The notes under the pieces are model-generated. The model was not told the origin of the DNA. It did not search any database and was given only the letters and a program-made list of their open reading frames with translations. A stretch of DNA of 64,000 nucleotides from positions 121,238-185,237 of the IMG/VR virus record IMGVR_UViG_3300047562_003246. The stretch is one strand, 5' to 3'. A program made the translations under genes and the position numbers. Shown here one piece after another: positions 47,443-57,970 of the stretch (positions within the stretch are counted from its first letter, which is position 1; the number at the start of each line of letters is the position of its first letter). Origin of the DNA: a virus.

Positions 47443-47925
47443 ATGACCAGTGTAAGTCTAGGTCCGTTCGGAGAACCGTTAGATTATTCTAGACAGAAAA
47501 CATTCGGTTATCCGTTTATCGATAAAGCTCCGTTATTACCTGATAACGAGCTTATGGCGTCTAGCCAGTTAGTTTACAGATTCGGCTACGGAGTGTTCTC
47601 TACAGCCAACAGAAGCAAACGTATCTATAACCGCACCTACGGTGAGATTATGGAGAACGTTGCTAATCAGCAGTTCAAACTTTTGGCAAGGACTGAGTTT
47701 GCTAGACAGGCTGACGGGCATTATGAGGTCTACATTGAGTGGCTTGAGCCATACCATCTGATGAAGAATCAGATGATGCCTCCTAGAATCGAAGAAAACG
47801 CCGAGGACACTCAGCAAGTACAGGAAGCGAAGGCGGATAGAATAGAGCAAAAGCCTGCAAAGCCTATCAAGCGCAGAGGATTGCGAGGCAGAACAAAAAA
47901 GCAACCCAACTTTACTGGATTCTGA
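47443..47925 (+). CDS. Hypothetical protein
   Basis: 160 aa. Confidence 0.6.
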   Translation: MTSVSLGPFGEPLDYSRQKTFGYPFIDKAPLLPDNELMASSQLVYRFGYGVFSTANRSKRIYNRTYGEIMENVANQQFKLLARTEFARQADGHYEVYIEWLEPYHLMKNQMMPPRIEENAEDTQQVQEAKADRIEQKPAKPIKRRGLRGRTKKQPNFTGF

Positions 47926-47926
47926 T

Positions 47927-48772
47927 ATGCCTATTCGTTTGAGAAATAACGAACAAATCAACGCAGCCAAAGCATTGCGTAAAGAGCTACTTGATAAGCA
48001 GTTGTTCTCTGGCGCTTTGAACGATGCTGCGTTGGGAGCGGGTATTGGTTCTAGCGCTGTCGGTTTGGCTTATCTGGCCAAGCTGCTAGGCACAGCTATG
48101 AAACGTAAGTCTTATCAACCTCAAGCAGAGCCAAGCGCTGTTATTCACATTAAGCCTAAAAAGAAAAACGATCCCAATAACTTTTCAGATCAAGACAAGT
48201 TAGCAGGCATCACAGATGTTTTGCAGGCCAGTGTTTCTGGTACCGGAGCGAGTAATCCAAACCAACTGCCCTATGGCTTGCCGTTACGAGCACTTGCTTT
48301 GCTTTCGGGATTAGGCGGTGGAGCTTATCTAGCAAATAAGTTCAACGTTGATGTGAAGGACGTTACGCTTGATCAAGAACTTGAAAGAGCAAAACAAGAA
48401 TTCGAAGCTGCTTTAAACGAACAAGATCCGACGATACCGGCTGAGAACACAAAATTAGCTAGCGCCTTTGTTCGCATGGAAAAAGCTATTTCACAGTCAG
48501 GTATCGAGAAACTTGCAAAACTTGATAAGACAGCGGCGAACGAGCTATCCGGTAGACTAGGCGAACTGTTAGGTGTTTACGCTTTGATGGCTATGCTTGG
48601 CGGCGGAACAGCGGCTTACTACGGGTATAACAGTGCGTTAAAAGGTCGTAAGTCAAAACAGTATGAGCTGGCTAACGCAGCAAGAGTGCAGCGTAAGCGT
48701 ATGACTGATCCGCAAAGACCGGTAGCAGTTTTAGATCAAGAAAAAGAACAAGACCAATTACCACCGGTCTAG
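47927..48772 (+). CDS. Putative virion-internal protein
   Basis: Three internally similar Gly/Ala-rich helices (GAGIGSSAVGLAYLA, GLGGGAYLA, GGGTAAYYG). Confidence 0.55.
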   Translation: MPIRLRNNEQINAAKALRKELLDKQLFSGALNDAALGAGIGSSAVGLAYLAKLLGTAMKRKSYQPQAEPSAVIHIKPKKKNDPNNFSDQDKLAGITDVLQASVSGTGASNPNQLPYGLPLRALALLSGLGGGAYLANKFNVDVKDVTLDQELERAKQEFEAALNEQDPTIPAENTKLASAFVRMEKAISQSGIEKLAKLDKTAANELSGRLGELLGVYALMAMLGGGTAAYYGYNSALKGRKSKQYELANAARVQRKRMTDPQRPVAVLDQEKEQDQLPPV

Positions 48773-48801
48773 TTTAGCTAGTCAATAAACAGATGTACAA
48801 T

Positions 48802-48835
48802 GAAACGGCTGCTATTTGGCAGTCGTTTTTTTTTT
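48802..48835 (+). terminator. Intrinsic terminator
   Basis: GAAACGGCTGC / GCAGTCGTTT + T run. Confidence 0.8.
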
Positions 48836-48855
48836 CTATGTAGCAAAGTAATCAA

Positions 48856-51800
48856 ATGTCACAAGAAGATATTACTCAGCAATCACCTGTACAACCTGCC
48901 GTGACTTTTCGTGACGTTACTGATCCTGTACAGACCCGAGAAGCTTTGTATGGTGGTGTGTTAAAAGCTTTGCAAGAATTACCACCAGCAGAATCTAAAA
49001 CTCACCAACTGACTCTTGGTAACGTTCGTTATATGGAAGAAGATAATGATGACGAAGACCAGCAAGAGTTGGCGATGGATACTCGGACGACGCTGGGTAG
49101 AAGAATCAAAGGCACTTGGAATCTAATCAACAAGTCAACGGGTCAAGTTGTTGATAGTAAAGAGCAAGTGTTAGGCGTAGTGCCTAGAGTCACTGATAAT
49201 GGCTCGTTCATCTTTAACGGTTCACGCTATGCGTTTGGCCTACAGCAGCGAATTAACCCAGGTTCCTATGCGAGAGTCAAAGCTAACGGCGAGCTAGAAG
49301 CGCTGGTCAACGTTGCTCGGTCCACAGGCGCAAGACACAGGTATCTGTTAGACCCAGAGACTGAACAAATTTCGTTCAATGTTCAGAACAGCAAGATTCC
49401 AGTAGCGGATGTTTTAGAGATACTCGGAGCTACCCAGGAAGACGCCGCAGCAGCTTGGGGTCCAGAGCTTGCGGAGACTAATTGGAAAAAGCGAGACCCA
49501 AAAGCACTTAACAAGTTGTACGAAAAACTTGTTAATAAATCTGGAGGAGACTTAGACGATACGCAAAAAGCTGAAGCAGTTCGTGCGGCATTTGCTCGTA
49601 TGAAAACAGATCGACTGGTTAATCAAAGAACTATCGGTATTGACACTGACGCAGTCGACAAGACAACAGTACTAGCTAGTACAAAGCGTATTCTAGATTT
49701 GCTGCGAGGGCAGGTCGAGGCAGATGATAGAGATCATGCCGCGTTCCAGACTTATTACAGCCCAGAAGATATTTTGGCTGAAAGGCTAAAACTTGACGCA
49801 GGTAAGATTCGTAGAAATTTGTTGTACAAGGCACAGAGATCAAACTCTTTGTCGTCATTACCAACAAGACCGCTGGATGCTCAGTTTCAATCAGCAGTGT
49901 TTGATTCCGGCATTGGGCAGCTTATGGATGCACCTAATCCGCTTGATATTATTGACCGCATGAGTCGTATGACTGTTTACGGCGACGGTGGTATTGGTAG
50001 TCAAGACTCAACGCCGGATAGTACAAGATTCGTTAATCACTCTTACACAGGCATCATGGACGGACTGCGAACAGTGGAAAGCAGTCGTGTAGGCGCAGAT
50101 ACGTTTATTGCTTCTGGAGCTAAGAAAGGCAGCGATGGACAGCTGTACTTTGACGCAATCGACGCCAAGACACAAAAGCCTGTGACGGTATCGGCGTCTA
50201 ACATGTTTGGTAAGACTGTAACGTTGTCGAAGAAGCCAGACCTGGGCAAGTATTACATTGTGCAGAAAGACGGCAAGCTTGATTACGCACTGCCAGAAGA
50301 AATTGATTATTTCTTACCAGATGTTGAAAAGACATACAATCATCTAAGCAATCTTGTTCCAGGCAAGTCATTGATGGTGCCTAACCGTGTAGCGATGGCT
50401 ACTCGAATGTCTGCTCAGGCAGTTGAGTTAGCTAATAAAGAAGCACCACTTTTTCAGAATGCAGTACCGGGGACAAATGGTCAAGTCAGTTTTGAAGATG
50501 TTTATGGCGACAGGCTAGGCGTTAAAAGAGCCCCGCAGGTTCCAGGAACTGTTATTTCGGTTTCAGATAAAGAGATCGAGTATCTAACAGTCGACGGAAC
50601 CAAAGGCAAAGTCAAGCTTTATTCGGACGCTACATTGGGTCGTAAAAGCCGAATGCACAATACGCCAACGGTCAAGGTAGGTGATAAGTTCGAGCCTGGG
50701 CAGATATTAGCCACTAGTAACTTTACCGATAACAACGGCACTGTAGCTATCGGCACAAACTTGCGTGTAGCTGATATGACTTTCCCTGACACATACGAAG
50801 ACGCGTACGTTGTCAGTGAGAGTGCTGCAAAAAACAAACTTGCAAGTGTTCAGTTATATCGAACTAGACTTGAGTCAAACGCTACACAGGCCAGAGACAA
50901 AAAATCATTTGTGTCTGTGTTTGCAGGTAAATTCAAGCCTGATCAACTAGAGAAGCTTGATGATGACGGCATTGTCAAAGTCGGTCAGACAGTCGAGCAC
51001 GGCGATCCTCTTGTCTTAGCAATGGAGCGTAGGCAAGGTGTAGGTCGAGTGCATAAGAAGGGAGGTGCGTCTTTTAAAGATAGTACTCTTGTACATGACC
51101 ACGAAGATCCAGGTACGGTCGTTGGTGTTTTCAAAGACAAGCAAGGGAATACCGTTGTTAAGACTCGGGTGATTAGTCCTTTGAAAGAAGGCGATAAGAT
51201 TACCATGCGTAACGGCCTTAAAGGCACCGTGGTTGTTAAGCCTGACTCGGAGATGCCGCGAGATAAAGAAGGTAATGTGTTTGACGCTGTCATTCCTAGA
51301 CTCGGGGTCATCTCACGAAAGAATCCGGTGGTCAAGCATGAACTTGCACTCAGTAAGATTGCGGCTATGCGAGGTCAGCCTTATAAGATTCCTGACTTCG
51401 GCGAAATCGAAGACATGAATGAGTTCACCCGAGGTGAACTTAAAAAGTATGGCATTAGCGACAAAGAGACAGTCGTCGATCCGTTTACAGGACAAGACGT
51501 TAAAGGCGTGGTAACTGGCTATGCATTCTTTAATAAGCTCCATCACTTCTCAGAAGCCAAGGCACAGGGTCGCAGCACCGGAAGATATACCGCCGACGCA
51601 ATGCCTGCAAAAGGTGGTGATGATTTGGGCAAGAGTAAGCGTATCGGACTACTTGCTCAGCACGCATTACTAGCCGGTGGTGGCCACGAATTTATTCGGG
51701 GTACAGGACTTGTTCGTGGACAAGCTAATAGCGAGTTCTGGCAAGCATTCATGCGAGGCGATGATCCACCTACGCCAAAGGTCCCTGAACGATACAAGAA

Positions 51801-53271
51801 GTTTATGGAGCTACTTAAGGTCGCAGGTATTAATCCGCTTAGGCAAGGCACCAAGACAACGCTGACACCTATGACAGATGACGAGATTGATAGATCAGCA
51901 GGTAACCGTGAGATACAGAACGCTGAGACGCTAGATCTTTACAAAGATCAATCGCCTATCAAAGGTGGATTATTTGATCCAACTATTTTTGGTATGGGCG
52001 ACAGACCTGCCAAGATGTCTTTATCTGTAAAGCTACCCAACCCAGCTTACGAGGAGCCACTGCGCAGGATCCTACAGCTCAAACAAAAAGAGTACTCGGA
52101 TCTGATTGCAGGTAAGCATCAATTAGGCAATCACGGTACTGGTACAAAAGCTATCGAAAGTTTCTTGAGTAAATTTGATATTGATCAAGAAATTGAAAAA
52201 GCTCGTACAGAAATTCGTGGCACTAAAAAGCTAGCTCGGGATGCTGCGGTAAGGCGGTTGGGATTCTTGCGAGCGATGAATAATCTCGAAGTTAACCCAA
52301 GCGATCTGATGCGAGAAAAGATTTTGGTGCTGCCGCCTAACCTGCGACCAGTTTCAGTTATCGGTCAAGGTAAGAAACAAGTGCCAATCGTCAATGATTT
52401 GAACTATCTATACAGGGAAGTCTTTGAGGCGAACAAAGTTTACAAAGACTTAGCATCTCAGCTTGGAGATGATAACGCAGGTGACGAAAGGTTGATGTTG
52501 TACGAGGCAACGAAAGCGCTCAGTGGTTACGGCGAATCGACTGACAAAGAACTACGTAGTCGTAACGTAAAAGGTGCTTTGCGTACACTTCTGCCAGGAG
52601 GACCTAAAGCTAGCTACATGCAACAAAAGCTCATAGGTAACACTGCTGACGTAGCGGGTCGTGGTGTTGTGATACCTAATCACAAACTTGGCATGGACGA
52701 GGTGGGTATTCCTAAAACAATGGCCTGGGATATTTTCTCTAACCATGTCGTACGAGAACTTGTTCGCGGCGGTATGCCTATTTTGCAGGCCAGAGAATCC
52801 GTTGTTAATAAATCGGATAAAGCCTATAAAGCTTTGCAGTCCGTTCTAGAGAAAGTACCTGTCATGGTCAGTAGAGACCCTGCACTGCACCAATACAACA
52901 CGATTGGGCAGTATGTGAAACTAGTTGATGGTAATGCGATTCAGTCGAATCCGCTAATCAACAAAGGACTTAATCTTGATCACGACGGCGACACTATGTC
53001 AGTACACGTACCGATTACAAAAGGTGAAATTGATAACCTGAAAAAGCGATTGATGCCGAGCAAAATGCTTATATCTCCATCTGATATGGAGTCAGTAGTT
53101 TACGCGCCAAACCAAGACTTTACGCTTGGTGTTGCACTAGCTTCGCTCAAACGTAGTAATGTGAAAAGTTCAAAAGTGTTTATGACGTACGCCGATGCTG
53201 AAAGAGCAGCGAAGCGTGGCGAAATTTCCTGGCACGATCCTGTGAGAATATTGGAGAAAGATCAAACATGA
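48856..53271 (+). CDS. Single-chain beta-beta' fused multisubunit-type RNA polymerase
   Basis: Beta motifs FIFNGSRY, GDKITMRNGLKG, KLHH...GRSTGRY; beta' motifs GGLFDPTIFG, VLPPNLRP, DLNYLYREV, KLIGNTADVAGRGVV, SRDPALH, catalytic NLDHDGD. Confidence 0.92.
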   Translation: MSQEDITQQSPVQPAVTFRDVTDPVQTREALYGGVLKALQELPPAESKTHQLTLGNVRYMEEDNDDEDQQELAMDTRTTLGRRIKGTWNLINKSTGQVVDSKEQVLGVVPRVTDNGSFIFNGSRYAFGLQQRINPGSYARVKANGELEALVNVARSTGARHRYLLDPETEQISFNVQNSKIPVADVLEILGATQEDAAAAWGPELAETNWKKRDPKALNKLYEKLVNKSGGDLDDTQKAEAVRAAFARMKTDRLVNQRTIGIDTDAVDKTTVLASTKRILDLLRGQVEADDRDHAAFQTYYSPEDILAERLKLDAGKIRRNLLYKAQRSNSLSSLPTRPLDAQFQSAVFDSGIGQLMDAPNPLDIIDRMSRMTVYGDGGIGSQDSTPDSTRFVNHSYTGIMDGLRTVESSRVGADTFIASGAKKGSDGQLYFDAIDAKTQKPVTVSASNMFGKTVTLSKKPDLGKYYIVQKDGKLDYALPEEIDYFLPDVEKTYNHLSNLVPGKSLMVPNRVAMATRMSAQAVELANKEAPLFQNAVPGTNGQVSFEDVYGDRLGVKRAPQVPGTVISVSDKEIEYLTVDGTKGKVKLYSDATLGRKSRMHNTPTVKVGDKFEPGQILATSNFTDNNGTVAIGTNLRVADMTFPDTYEDAYVVSESAAKNKLASVQLYRTRLESNATQARDKKSFVSVFAGKFKPDQLEKLDDDGIVKVGQTVEHGDPLVLAMERRQGVGRVHKKGGASFKDSTLVHDHEDPGTVVGVFKDKQGNTVVKTRVISPLKEGDKITMRNGLKGTVVVKPDSEMPRDKEGNVFDAVIPRLGVISRKNPVVKHELALSKIAAMRGQPYKIPDFGEIEDMNEFTRGELKKYGISDKETVVDPFTGQDVKGVVTGYAFFNKLHHFSEAKAQGRSTGRYTADAMPAKGGDDLGKSKRIGLLAQHALLAGGGHEFIRGTGLVRGQANSEFWQAFMRGDDPPTPKVPERYKKFMELLKVAGINPLRQGTKTTLTPMTDDEIDRSAGNREIQNAETLDLYKDQSPIKGGLFDPTIFGMGDRPAKMSLSVKLPNPAYEEPLRRILQLKQKEYSDLIAGKHQLGNHGTGTKAIESFLSKFDIDQEIEKARTEIRGTKKLARDAAVRRLGFLRAMNNLEVNPSDLMREKILVLPPNLRPVSVIGQGKKQVPIVNDLNYLYREVFEANKVYKDLASQLGDDNAGDERLMLYEATKALSGYGESTDKELRSRNVKGALRTLLPGGPKASYMQQKLIGNTADVAGRGVVIPNHKLGMDEVGIPKTMAWDIFSNHVVRELVRGGMPILQARESVVNKSDKAYKALQSVLEKVPVMVSRDPALHQYNTIGQYVKLVDGNAIQSNPLINKGLNLDHDGDTMSVHVPITKGEIDNLKKRLMPSKMLISPSDMESVVYAPNQDFTLGVALASLKRSNVKSSKVFMTYADAERAAKRGEISWHDPVRILEKDQT
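52062..52075 (-). repeat. 14-bp motif copy 9
   Basis: GCGCAGGATCCTAC, read as LRRILQ inside RNAP. Confidence 0.97.
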
Positions 53272-53999
53272 AGTATTCTTTACTATCGCCCGAAAGAAAT
53301 TTCGAGCATCATTTAGATTTAGGCGATGACAAAGACAGCGTTGTCGTAGTAGGTGATTTTGGTAGCGGTAAAACGCTTGTTGCTTCTACGTTGTTTATTA
53401 CAGCATCAGGAGAACCAAAAACACCAAAACAAACATTGCGTGGAAAGTTTCCAGTCGCAGTGTGGCTTGGGGAAGGAGCGACTTCTGAGCTTGTGTATAA
53501 CGACAACGAAAAAACAGAGGTTGTTTATTATCCGTACGATATGGATAATGTTCCAAATTTCATGACGTACACATCTACGAAACAAATACCAACGGCGTGC
53601 GCATTAGCCACGGGACATCTCGTATATGCATCAAACTTGGGTACGCTGCTTTTACAGATGAAGTCAGAGCATTATGCTAACTTCGTAGGCTTCATGAGTA
53701 ACTATGTCCCAGGCATGCGAATTAACCCAGCAGAAGTAAACGCCTCGTTAGCTTACATAAACAAGTTGTACCCGCCCGTAGCCTCTACGATAGGTAAGCT
53801 ATTCTCTATTTATCTGGTTGTGTCATCAGCTCATTTAGCAATTCTAGACGTAACTAACCCAGGTATCAGCGACCTACAATGGGCTTGTTTTCATGAAGGA
53901 CTGACTTTATTGGCCAAGCAAAGAAGTATCAAGCTGATTACTTTCAATCAAAAACACCGAAGCGAAAATGCTCTTTACTCACGAATGTGTTTTTTGTAA
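53268..53999 (+). CDS. P-loop-containing hypothetical protein
   Basis: VVGDFGSGKT Walker A. Confidence 0.55.
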   Translation: MKYSLLSPERNFEHHLDLGDDKDSVVVVGDFGSGKTLVASTLFITASGEPKTPKQTLRGKFPVAVWLGEGATSELVYNDNEKTEVVYYPYDMDNVPNFMTYTSTKQIPTACALATGHLVYASNLGTLLLQMKSEHYANFVGFMSNYVPGMRINPAEVNASLAYINKLYPPVASTIGKLFSIYLVVSSAHLAILDVTNPGISDLQWACFHEGLTLLAKQRSIKLITFNQKHRSENALYSRMCFL

Positions 54000-54028
54000 A
54001 CTGTTACAGTCGTATTGATATTCCACCG

Positions 54029-54053
54029 GCCAAGCACATGCTTGGCTTTTTTT
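54029..54053 (+). terminator. Intrinsic terminator
   Basis: GCCAAGC-ACAT-GCTTGGC + T run. Confidence 0.8.
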
Positions 54054-54067
54054 ATTGAGTTAGCCAT

Positions 54068-54850
54068 ATGCCAAAGCGTCGTACAGAGAAAAAACCGGAA
54101 CAAGCAACTAAACCAACTCCGCAAGTAGAGTACTTGATAACAAATGATGGAACGATCATGCTGAACTTCGGTGAAGTGTCAGAGATGATTCCTCGGACTC
54201 ATCCGCAGTATAGGGTCATCGTCAATATGCTTAAACAAAGGTCGTTTAATTCCATCATCAGGCTGCTGAACTTCAACATTACTACTGAAAGATTAAATGT
54301 CAGCTTACTACGTAAGCAAAATAAAACTTGGTATGTCGGCGACAAAAAGATTGAAGGAGCTGTCGCTTATGACATTGACAGGTTAGTTAATAACGTGCCT
54401 GATGAATTTATTATTTCGGCAGTAAAGTACGAGGAAGCTAAAGAATCAGCAGAAGAAGCTCAGCCGCGTCAAGCCACAGCTAACGCTGTTAGCGCGGAGA
54501 TCGCACATAGGGGTCTCGCTGACTTTTGTAGAAAGTATCGCGCAATGACCGTACAGTACGTTGAGGACGAAGCCCTACAGTGCATCAAAACACTCTGCGT
54601 AGTTGATCTAGGTAACGTGTCGCCTAGTTATAACGGCGAAAAAATAACAGTGCTGTTTATTACAAAGAGCAGCCGACAAGTTTTTGCTTGCTATGTAGAA
54701 GGGCAGGTTAAAACTATCAAAGATTTTTACTTGGAAGCAGCACGTTCTCCGTTTAATGAAAAGCTTAAAGCTGTATTGTCACAGCTGGCAAACAGCAATA
54801 CTGAGCAAAACGCTGCTAATAAGAAAGCTCGCAGAATTTCTATTGATTAA
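54068..54850 (+). CDS. Hypothetical protein, possibly rIIB-like N-terminus
   Basis: IPRTHPQYRVI segment and adjacency to rIIA-like gene. Confidence 0.35.
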   Translation: MPKRRTEKKPEQATKPTPQVEYLITNDGTIMLNFGEVSEMIPRTHPQYRVIVNMLKQRSFNSIIRLLNFNITTERLNVSLLRKQNKTWYVGDKKIEGAVAYDIDRLVNNVPDEFIISAVKYEEAKESAEEAQPRQATANAVSAEIAHRGLADFCRKYRAMTVQYVEDEALQCIKTLCVVDLGNVSPSYNGEKITVLFITKSSRQVFACYVEGQVKTIKDFYLEAARSPFNEKLKAVLSQLANSNTEQNAANKKARRISID

Positions 54851-54895
54851 CGTTTCGTATTTACAGTTTGTTTACTTGAACCTTTTGAGACACCA

Positions 54896-57800
54896 ATGAA
54901 ACCAGTAACTAAGAACCGACAAATATCCGGTAACACGCAAATTGAAAGTAATTACCAACGAGTACAACTCGCAGTAACGAGTACTCTGTTTGACATTCTT
55001 TCAGAAAAGTTATATCAAAACCCACTTCGTTCCGCGCCGACCGAAGCAATTACAAACGCTGCAGATGCCATCGGTCGAAGACTTGCTCGTATGTCGAAAA
55101 AAGAAAAAGAGACGATGCAAGCAGAGGACAGAAAATTCAAGATAGTGATTACTTGTCCTACTGTGAGTTACCCGTACTTTGTTGTGCGAGACGAAGGCAC
55201 AGGCATAGACAACCACGACGACGTTGTGTCTAAGTTTTTCGGATTCAACCAGTCTGACAAAACTTCAGAATCAACCAGCACAGGCTCGATGGGGCTTGGG
55301 GCAAAATCAGTTTATGCAATTGCTGAGCAGTTCTCCTTTACGCTGTACGACGGAAAAACAAAAAGAGTTTATCAAGGTTTGAAAGATGAGCAAGGTTTTC
55401 CGCTTTGTCCTTCGAAAGAGCCACCGCGAATTGCATGTGACGAGCCCAGAGGTGCAGAACTGAAGGTGCCAATAACTGATATCGATTCGAAATTAGTTTC
55501 GACTTGGCAGCATAATATCTTAAGTATTTGTCGTAACATCGGACACGACAAGAATCCGTTTGATGGTGCAATCGAGATAATCGTAGACAAAGGTCAGGCT
55601 TCAGAAAAAACGATAAAATTACCGCCCAAATGGGCAAATTGGACATTAGACCAGCCGAATACTTTTGCGTACAGCGGTAGGTTGCTGGGCAAACACGTAC
55701 GAAGAAAAAAGAATTCAGAAGCGTCGGGCGTAGTCAGGTTCTACGACGACATGGATGAAGAAACAGAAAGTTATGATAACGACAGGGATAACCTACTATT
55801 TTCCACGGAAAACTGTGCGTTGATTCATGTCAGTAATAACACACACAATGCAAGACAGGTATTAAAAGAATGTCAAGAAGGCGTTCTTCATTACGCGAAC
55901 ATTATTTATAAATTTAACGCGACAAGTTTCAAAGAAAAGTTACCTTGGTTGCAGTACTATAAACTGCATATATTTCTTGGTAATACCAGAGCAGATGGTA
56001 CACAGCATCCAATCGTATTCAACCCTAGTCGAGAGTCACTAGTCGCAGGCAATACTGATACCTATTTGTGTGACCTGGCAGCAGAACAAATGTTGCCTGT
56101 GCTAGACAAATTGGCAGAAGACATTTTGACTGCTTTTGAAGGTAAAAATCTTTACGAACAGCTCAAACTCAATGAAACGATTAAAGATAGACTTCAGCGC
56201 TTCTCTTTACCTGAATTAGCTACCCAAGTTGTCGAGGTAATAAAGCAAGAGCAGCACGATGTAATGTCAGAAAGCGATCTCAAGTCTTCGGACGATAAAG
56301 AGCAAGAGGTGATGCGATCAGTAAAACTAACACCATGGGATTCTGACTTAATAAAGAATAAACTCAATATTCCTGAAGACTACATTGACGTGTCGTTTTG
56401 TAACTTAGCGGCACTTAACAGCGTATTATCAACGCAGGGAGACTGCGATCAGGCAGCGCACATAGCTAATAGTTACATCTGCACAGATACTCGCATCGAT
56501 AAACTAGCTACGCTAAGCAGCAGGAAGTCTGATGTTATGTACAGTTCAGAGAGTATTACTTTACCGAACGCACTTGCGAGGATAAAAGATCATCCTGTGA
56601 TCGCTGTTTCGCATAAGTCTATCAAGGCTAGTATCGGTGCGCGTTACTTATGGAACGCGATGCCTATAGCTGATGACAAAAGGAAAAATCTTTTAAACCA
56701 ATCTAAGCAGATTATGCTGTTATGTAAAAAGAAAGACGATGTAGGTGCTGTCGCCAGAGAGCTTGCAAGTATTCTCGCACCGCAAGGTTATCGTGTCGTT
56801 GATGTAGTGTCGCATTACAAAGACGATTTCGGTTTTACTGCGGAGCAAAAACAAAGAACTTCGATTCGAACTATCGAAGGACGATTACGCGAGTTTGCTT
56901 ATAAGTTCAATTACAATGTAACTTCAGGTTATCGAGACTCACCCAGAGAATATTGGGATAAGCTGGAAACCCCAGAAGCTAGTCAAGAAATATTCAAGCG
57001 TCTAAACGACAAAAAGAACCATAAAGTGGTTCATCTGTTGTTTGACGGGTTCAGTGTAGACGTATCGGATATTTATCAGCAGGAAGACAAGACTTTACTG
57101 TCGCCGATTTACGTTAGAAGCATGGTAGAGATGCTGACGCATGACTATAGAGAAAGGTATCAAAAGACTTTGACAGTCGTCGGTGTTGCCAGAAGAGACA
57201 AAAAGATTTTGGAAGCGATACCAAGTTCGTTTATCTCGTTAGCCTGTAGATTTATCAAAGCTCACCGCAAGCAAATACGAGACACTGCTATTGTTGAGCA
57301 GTTTATGCGCCGCCACGACGATTTCGACTTTGCTAACAAGTTTCATCCAGCAAAGTATATGTTTCATTCCTACGAGCGATTTAAAAAAGGATCTGTTATT
57401 CGTGAAATCGTCAGAGAAGTTCAAAAGGCAATGCCGTCTTTGATTACTGACGAATCGTTTCTAGACAGCGTGAAGAAAAATAAACTGCAAGAAATTAAAA
57501 CAGCGTTAAGTAACGGAGCGAGTATTCGAGACGTGTCTAGATATTTTGTAAGTAGCATTGTTTCGCAGTGCAAAGGACAGATAGCTGGATTAGTAGAGAG
57601 TAAGTTCGAATCACCACAAACGCATGAAGCGGTTCGTGAATTGGTTAAGCTGCTTTACGAGGAGTCCAAGGCTAAGCAGTCGAAACTAGGCATAGACAAA
57701 GAAATGTCTGTAGCTAATTTGTTTTATGGCGATCATCACACTTTGTTGCCAGACTATGTACCCTCTAGGGCGACAAAGTTGCGAGCAGCTTATCCGCTGG

Positions 57801-57970
57801 TGGATCATTACGTTAATTCGAGTAGTGCAAACACGATTAGTGTTTCTTACGTCGAGAGACGGTTGTTTCGAATGATATGGGTTCAAGATCTACTTGGCGA
57901 TAAACAGCTAGCTGTCGATACTGCACTTGCAACACATTACAATAATATTGACTCTTCGGAAGAAGACTAA
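54896..57970 (+). CDS. rIIA-like protein with GHKL (Hsp90-like) ATPase domain
   Basis: LFDILSEKLYQN..EAITNAADA, VRDEGTGI, SDK..STGSMGLGAKSVYA. Confidence 0.75.
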   Translation: MKPVTKNRQISGNTQIESNYQRVQLAVTSTLFDILSEKLYQNPLRSAPTEAITNAADAIGRRLARMSKKEKETMQAEDRKFKIVITCPTVSYPYFVVRDEGTGIDNHDDVVSKFFGFNQSDKTSESTSTGSMGLGAKSVYAIAEQFSFTLYDGKTKRVYQGLKDEQGFPLCPSKEPPRIACDEPRGAELKVPITDIDSKLVSTWQHNILSICRNIGHDKNPFDGAIEIIVDKGQASEKTIKLPPKWANWTLDQPNTFAYSGRLLGKHVRRKKNSEASGVVRFYDDMDEETESYDNDRDNLLFSTENCALIHVSNNTHNARQVLKECQEGVLHYANIIYKFNATSFKEKLPWLQYYKLHIFLGNTRADGTQHPIVFNPSRESLVAGNTDTYLCDLAAEQMLPVLDKLAEDILTAFEGKNLYEQLKLNETIKDRLQRFSLPELATQVVEVIKQEQHDVMSESDLKSSDDKEQEVMRSVKLTPWDSDLIKNKLNIPEDYIDVSFCNLAALNSVLSTQGDCDQAAHIANSYICTDTRIDKLATLSSRKSDVMYSSESITLPNALARIKDHPVIAVSHKSIKASIGARYLWNAMPIADDKRKNLLNQSKQIMLLCKKKDDVGAVARELASILAPQGYRVVDVVSHYKDDFGFTAEQKQRTSIRTIEGRLREFAYKFNYNVTSGYRDSPREYWDKLETPEASQEIFKRLNDKKNHKVVHLLFDGFSVDVSDIYQQEDKTLLSPIYVRSMVEMLTHDYRERYQKTLTVVGVARRDKKILEAIPSSFISLACRFIKAHRKQIRDTAIVEQFMRRHDDFDFANKFHPAKYMFHSYERFKKGSVIREIVREVQKAMPSLITDESFLDSVKKNKLQEIKTALSNGASIRDVSRYFVSSIVSQCKGQIAGLVESKFESPQTHEAVRELVKLLYEESKAKQSKLGIDKEMSVANLFYGDHHTLLPDYVPSRATKLRAAYPLVDHYVNSSSANTISVSYVERRLFRMIWVQDLLGDKQLAVDTALATHYNNIDSSEED

